Under the pieces are notes generated by a model. The model searched no databases. It was not told the DNA's origin and saw only the letters and a program-made list of their open reading frames with translations. A stretch of DNA of 64,000 bases from a virus, in IMG/VR virus record IMGVR_UViG_3300025138_000014, positions 87,330-151,329 of that record, one strand, 5' to 3'. How positions within the stretch are numbered: the first letter of the stretch is position 1; every line of letters begins with the position of its first letter. This document shows, piece after piece, positions 57,654 through 64,000 of this stretch. The position numbers and the translations under genes are program-made.

Positions 57654-59030
57654 ATGTATCAGAAGTTATTTTATGAGATTTTGAGAGAACTTGGTTATGA
57701 TAGGGAAGAGGAGTTAATAGATCCTCCTCCCACATTGAAACATCCAATGGAGGTAGCGGAGGGTAATTACTCTGCTACCTTTTTACAATTTGTCTCCAGT
57801 TATCCTAACAAAGATAGTTACTGTTATACTGCTTTTGTAGATGATTTGCAGATAAACGGATTAAATAAGCAACAGCTGAAGTATAATTTATCTGAGTTAT
57901 GTAAGGATATTAAGTTTGAAGAGCCGTCTCGTGTACATGAGTTAGGGTTTCAATTCAGGTCTGAGATACATCAGTCAGAGATTCCTAAGCGTGTCCGTTA
58001 TAAGATGTTAATGCAGTTCTTTAGGAGGGGTAAGGCTGACGTGGCTAATTCCACTTGGGGTACTGAGCGTGGTGAAGATGGTGATACTATTATAGTGTAT
58101 CCATATGGTGATAAGGACTATAAAACGTGGTTACGCAAGACTATTGCTCTTGGTACCAAACAACGGCAGAGTATGGCTAAGCAATGGGGATTTGGTTCTC
58201 TATCCGAAGAAGGCAATATGTATGCTACATTTAGGGAAGGAAAACTACACCCATGGAAAAGGTAATACAATTTCCGATCACATCTGAACTTGATAAGCAG
58301 TTTATTGAGTTAGAAAAGCAACAGCAACTCATTAAGGAGCAGTCTGCCCTTATAAACAAAAAGGATATAAACAAATGAGTGATATGTTTGACTTTGGTTT
58401 TACTGCAGTGAATGAACAAGAGTTAGATGTAGCCAAAACTGCCACTCAAGCCTTGTCAGCCACTACATCAACACAAAAGAGACTTGATGATCTATATAAT
58501 GCTATAATGCCTCTTCTGAATAATCTCAAAGCTAATCCCGAAAAAGAATACATTCTATGGCCAGATAGACTGAGTAAGGTAGAATCATTTGAAACTTTGC
58601 TTCAGAACATATATAAGGATCCAAACAAATGAAAACACTTGCACTTACTATAGCACTCGCAGCATGTTCACCAGTAGCAGCACAAAATATACCAACATCA
58701 CCTAAAAATCTTGATATAACAGCACCATGTAATACCATGGCATATGTCTTTGATCTAATGAATAAACATGACGAAGAACCATTCTTTACTGGTACAGGAA
58801 CAGTACAAGGTTCCCAACACAATGGACACTTAAATCAACTGTACCCCGGTGGTCTACAAGTATGGGCTAATCTTGACAAACAAACATACTCTATTACTAT
58901 TATGTTTCCCGATGGTATGATCTGTCTACTCACTTCTGGACAAAACTTTCAAACATATTCAGGAGAACATCCTAATGATCTATACAAGAAAGAAGTAGAG
59001 AAACAGAAGAACAAGAAAGATAAACAATAA
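57654..59030 (+). CDS. hypothetical ORFs (57654-58265, 58375-58632, 58629-59030 with signal peptide)
   Basis: Intact ORFs; 58375 has FDFGFTAV and YILWP motifs. Confidence 0.65.
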
Positions 59031-59266
59031 CCTAACACAAAATCGCATAAACCGCATAGGTACAGTAGGAACCTCAAGGGTTCTTTACCGGGCAGAAGAT
59101 TCATATAAGAGATATATATGGGCTTCCGCCCTTTCTTCGTTTTTGAGCAAGGGTACACGGTTAATGACGTATTTAGTTCACGAGTAGAATAAAACAAAAA
59201 GTGCGTAGATCACGGGAGGACTAAGTAGCCTCTCTGAAATTAATTTAAATAAAATGCATTTAGTGC

Positions 59267-62200
59267 TTTACAATGCCGAGCTGATGTGATATGAATAGTA
59301 CAACGAAACATGAGGTATCACAATGAAGATTATCAAGCAAGGCTCCTACACAGCAAAGATCAGCCACGACAATTATGTAATGATTATTGCCGATGATGGA
59401 AGCACGAACGGCCGAGTGTGCAACTATCCAGCAGCCCGTTACTATGCAAATCCTAAGACAGCTGAAAGAGGCGCTATAAAATTATTGAAATTAGTTGCAT
59501 AAAGTTGCAATTAGTTCTTTACATACCTATGCAGATATGGTATAAAAGTATAACAGAAACAAAGAAAAGAAAGTCCTTAACATGAACATTCAAACAGCAT
59601 TTGACAAAGCCTTCTTAAAAGCAGTAAAGAATGATGAGAATGTCGATAGCGGCATGGAAGATTATATGAACTGGGATTTCGTTGAAGCAGACATGTGGAT
59701 GGATATGCAGAAGATGGGTTTTAAAGCCGAAGACATTTCAGCCCAGTTCATTGCATTTGAAGATACAATCGATGAGTGGCTGGAAGAAAAATAATTCATT
59801 TTAGGGGTTTACAAGTACACTGGATTGTGGTATAATAAACTAAGGTTTTTCGGAGGGGAGAGTAGTATGAATATGGTAGAGTCAGAAGTCCGTAAGCGGA
59901 TGGGTAAAAAGAGATGTTCTATTATAGAGGATTATGATTACTATTCAGACTGCTTTGATCTTCTCATGGTAGAGGGCTGGATCGACTCCTACGGTTGTAC
60001 AACAGTCATATTAGAATGGGATGGTGAAGAAACCAAATGGGATATGCTTAATGAATTAAAGAGGCGTATTGATGACTTTGAATATGATATGGAAGCATGG
60101 AAAAAAGAAGGAAACATACCTAGTGGAAGTTAAATTAAAATCACGGAGCAGAGAGATTGTACAGAAGATTTTGGACATCTCTCTGAAAGGCATTATGATT
60201 GTAGTATCACTTGCTATGGTCATTGCGTTAGCTAACCAAGTATATTTAATGTATATTGGTGATCCAGAAGCAAAAGCATTTGTTACTACAGTAGGCGTAG
60301 CAGGTGGCGCAGTATTCATTATAGGGTATTGCTTTATTAAACTTATTGATTGGATATATGAATTATGACTGAAGACCAAAAGGCTCTGCGATACCGAATG
60401 ATTAAGAGTATCGCAGAAAGAAATAAAAAAATGAAAGAGGTTAAGAGGCGTTCAAAGAATGTAATAAAGAACATACCTAAACCTAAAAAGAAAAAAGATG
60501 AGTATGCTCAGTTTTATTCTAACGACAATGTAAATCATTGGACTGATGCGAGTAAGTATGCTAAGCAGTACTATGGAGAAACACTCCATGAAACAACCAA
60601 ATGGGATAATGAGTGGGATTAAAGTATGCAGGTGATTCAACGAGGGGCGGCTAGTTCTAAAATAAAAAGAAAGAAAACTCCGGGGCTAGATAAGAAACGT
60701 GCTGAACACGAGCGTTATCTGAAGAGCCTTGGTGTTGGAAAGACTAAGCCAAATGCTCACTTGGAGATCCCCTGCTATACCGAAAAGGCTGCACCAGTTA
60801 TCTCTACAGAAAGTATATGTGGTCACGGGGCTGCTAAGGAGAGAAAGATATATACTGGTAATGAGATTGCTGGTATCGTTGTTACTCACAAGAGTAATCT
60901 GATGCCTATACGTAAAGATAACAAGCAGGCTGCCATTGATGCAGCTAATATGAGGCGATAATGCTTAGAAAGATATTAGGATACTTTGCAATATTAGTTG
61001 CATTAATTTGGGTTTTTGAAGTATTAGGGGTTTACATCTCCTGAGGGATTAGTTATAACTAATTAACAGAAGCAAAGAGAGAGAACCAAATGATTAACTT
61101 TATCACAGCAAGCGACAGCCAAGTAGTTCTAATGAGCAACGACACAGTAGTTGTTAGATCAGCCGATGCAGAAGTATTAGCAGCAGCAATCACAGGCTAC
61201 GGTATGAGCGAAGACACTTTCTGTTCTTCTTCCATGGACTTTGCAGATGAAGAAGGATTTGAGACTGCCGGTGCAGCTTATGCAATCCTTGATGATGCAC
61301 AATATCTTGCACTTAACGCATAAGGGAAATACATTATGTTAGATTGTGAAAGCCAGACTTGGGAAAACACCATGACAGAACGTAAAGAGTTTGTTGCAGA
61401 GATGATTCGTGTACGGGGAGAACAGTATGCACTAGGTTATCTTGAGTCAATGTTTGTATATACTAATGAATATGGGACTGCTGTTCCATTAACTGATGAT
61501 CAACGTAGCAACTTAAATCTTTGGAAGGATACAGTATAATGCGTGTCGAGGTATATTATAATCTTCATAAGAAAACTTTTTCTGTTCGTCATAAGGGCAA
61601 AGTAATAGAGCATACTGATCGTATCGTTCTACAAGATGTCACATTTGCTGTACAGCCCGCAGGTCGTGCTAAAGTTGTAAGAGAAGGCAAAAAGAATGTA
61701 CACGCTTTTGTTCGTGGTACTATAGGTGAAAGACCAGTTGATTGGAACACGATATGTGACTGGGCCTTTGTAGAATATAACCCATATTACAATTCAAGCT
61801 TTGTGGACGATGAAACAAAGGAACCAGTACACTCTGCCAAAGTTGTAAAGTTGTTAAAGCCCGAATCTGCTGCTCCACAAATAACTGCATTTTATTGAAA
61901 TTAGGTGTTTACATATGCCTCGGTATGGGTTATTCTAATTATAGAAACAGGAGATAGCAAATGTCTACAGAACTTAGAAATGTACCAGACTGTGTAGCAC
62001 AGAATGAATTGAATCAGACTAGGTTCTGGGGTGGCAAAGACAGAATGACTTGCATACAGGTCACACAAGTGAAGCCAAAGAGTGAACGCACTACAAGCGG
62101 TTCAACAGACTTCTTCAACCACTTGTCATTGACACGTCACCAGGCACGTATGTTAGCAACAGAGTTGATGTTGTTTGCAGAAGAACGTGAAGTAGAAGAA

Positions 62201-63633
62201 TATGATCCTAGCTAAAATTAGGTGTTTACATCTACCTTGATATAGGTTATTCTAAGTACAGAAACAGGAGATAGCAAATGACTAAGCAACAACTAATCAA
62301 AGAAGCACTGAGACTGAAAAAGATCATCCAAGATCCTAAAGAAGCACACTCTGATTTAGATTGGTATAAGCATTTGTTTGTAACTGTTGTTAACCGTATC
62401 GAAAATAAGGAGTACACAGTATGAAAAAGAATTATCGTAAAGCATTCGACTCACTACGCAAAATCGGTGCACCTGTACTAGAAGGTGGTGATAACGGCGA
62501 GGATACATTCCGTATTAGTGCAGAAGATAATAATCATACTACATGGGCTGACTATTATATAGAACATGATAATAACGGTATGTTCTTGTTCGGTGTAAAC
62601 AATCAAATCACTCAAGTGCTAGATGAGAATGGTCTCTATGCAGAGTGGATCAACCCCGGCGTTCTAGCCGTATGTGAGGTGTAATATGCAGATAAAAGGT
62701 GCAACAACAATTCTAAATAAGCGTGCAGAGTTTTTTGGTAAAACACTGAGCGAATTAATTGATATGTACGATAATGGTTTTGACGACAATCATAATGTGC
62801 TTGTAGCATATGAAGTTTATAAAATGTCTCAAGGCTTTTACTGGAAAGGTACCGAGGGCGACACTTGGATACTGAGACAAGAGAGGAATATTAATGCGTA
62901 AAAAAATTCATAAAGATTTCCGTGTAGTGGAAGAAAGAACTGGTCTTGATACAATCTATCGTATTAAGATTGGTCCCAATGGCAACACTACCACTATAGC
63001 TCAGAATAGAGATTATGATACTGCAGTTACTATGTGTGAAAATCTAAATAAAGATCGATGGTTCTTGGACCGTGGAAAAACCAGAGCAGATGTACTTGCT
63101 CGTCATAGCAAAATGGAGAATGTGTAATGAACTTGTCAAATGGAACACGATCAGAAATGATTAATGAACTAAAGAAAAGCACTTGTCGTGTTATCTTTAC
63201 AAAAGTCAATGGTGATGAACGTAATATGGTTTGCACTCTTGATGAGAGTATTATCCCTGCTCCAGTAGTAGCAGCTGAAAATCGTGGCACAATGATTAAA
63301 GAAATTCAGAGTCGCACGGTAAATGAAGATGTTATTCCTGTATGGGATATTACTGCAGAGGGATGGCGCTCTTTTAGAGTTGATTCTGTACTGTCTTTTG
63401 TATGTGAGGGTACTGTAGCATAAATGTACATTGACCCGAATGTAATACATCTAATGTTTGGTGTTGTCTGCTTTGGCTGTGGAGTCATGGCAGGCTACCA
63501 TTTCTTTCGTCGAAATAATGATATAATTATCGGTGATACTATAGACTTTCTCATAGAAGGTAAGTATATTAAACATAGAATAAATGAAGATGGCGAAGTA
63601 GAAATCATCCCACTTAAAGGAGACAAGAAATGA
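59267..63633 (+). CDS. early region of small hypothetical ORFs (59323-59502, 59582-59794, ~59867-60133, ~60126-60368, 60365-60622, 60626-60961, 61090-61323, 61336-61539, 61539-61898, 61961-62215, 62278-62424, 62421-62684, ~62686-62901, 62894-63127, 63424-63633)
   Basis: Dense + strand ORFs fed by promoters at 59267, 59518, 59808, 61031, 61908, 62225. Confidence 0.6.
61901..62280 (+). repeat. duplicated promoter-RBS cassette
   Basis: TTAGGTGTTTACAT..GGTTATTCTAA..AGAAACAGGAGATAGCAAATG at 61901-61963 and 62218-62280. Confidence 0.85.
63127..63423 (+). CDS. WYL-like/SH3-fold protein
   Basis: V.FTKVNG..R.M.CTL, VWD....WRSFR.D. Confidence 0.8.
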   Translation: MNLSNGTRSEMINELKKSTCRVIFTKVNGDERNMVCTLDESIIPAPVVAAENRGTMIKEIQSRTVNEDVIPVWDITAEGWRSFRVDSVLSFVCEGTVA

Positions 63634-64000
63634 GCAATGAATTAATTATTTTATTTGTAGCAATTCCTGTAGTTGTTGCTGTAGTGGCAATGTGTATTGA
63701 CGTGGGGGATAGATAAGTGTTTGAACTGGCTATAATAATATTCGCAGTTTTTCTTCTTGTCTTATGTCTCACAGTACCAATCTTGGGACTTGCATGGATG
63801 TTCTTTGATATGTTTAAAAATCGTAATAAACTATGAGCGAACAAACAAACTATTGCACAACCAAAGGTTTAGGTTGGGCTTTCTTAATCCTTGTTATTGG
63901 TATGGTAGGTTTGCCTATACTTGGATCAGCGATTGCTTATCCAGACAACTGCAAACAGACTATTCTTATTCCTTGTTTAGGATTAGAGAAATGAGTATGT

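Noticed and set aside
695-63844. Many minus-strand ORFs in the track
   Set aside because: They overlap well-supported + strand genes, and I saw no motifs, SDs or promoters for them.

Overview
64-kb segment of an AT-rich, T4-like (Tevenvirinae-related) myophage genome with essentially all genes on the + strand. It carries the T4 core genes gp43 DNA polymerase, uvsX, gp40-like, gp41 helicase, RNase H and DenA-like nuclease, plus thyX, nrdB/nrdA (class Id-like), phoH, spanins and an endolysin. It also has about 26 TTTACA-N17-TAnnnT early promoters and several T4 late promoters (TATAAATA). The host is probably a marine alphaproteobacterium (Rhodobacteraceae-like), judged from the AtpE sequence and a permuted two-piece tmRNA. 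Host-derived metabolic genes include atpE, class I aldolase, PEP carboxykinase, a half-size Na/Pi transporter, a BMP substrate-binding protein, a PRTase and IscA, and there is a large glycosyl/methyltransferase island. Four candidate systems stand out. (1) A polymerase-linked DNA-glycosylation pathway that may use uronic-acid sugars, with a second glycosyltransferase carrying a sliding-clamp-type C-terminal tail. (2) A cluster of proteins with T4-type capsid-targeting N-termini, including a ligase-like enzyme, a nucleotidyltransferase and a (p)ppGpp hydrolase, i.e. a possible injected enzyme cargo. (3) A late-promoter four-gene exported/envelope-spanning module built around a Cys-repeat protein. 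(4) An ATP synthase c subunit with a rebuilt F1-coupling loop. All family calls come from motif recognition by eye; no database searches were run.
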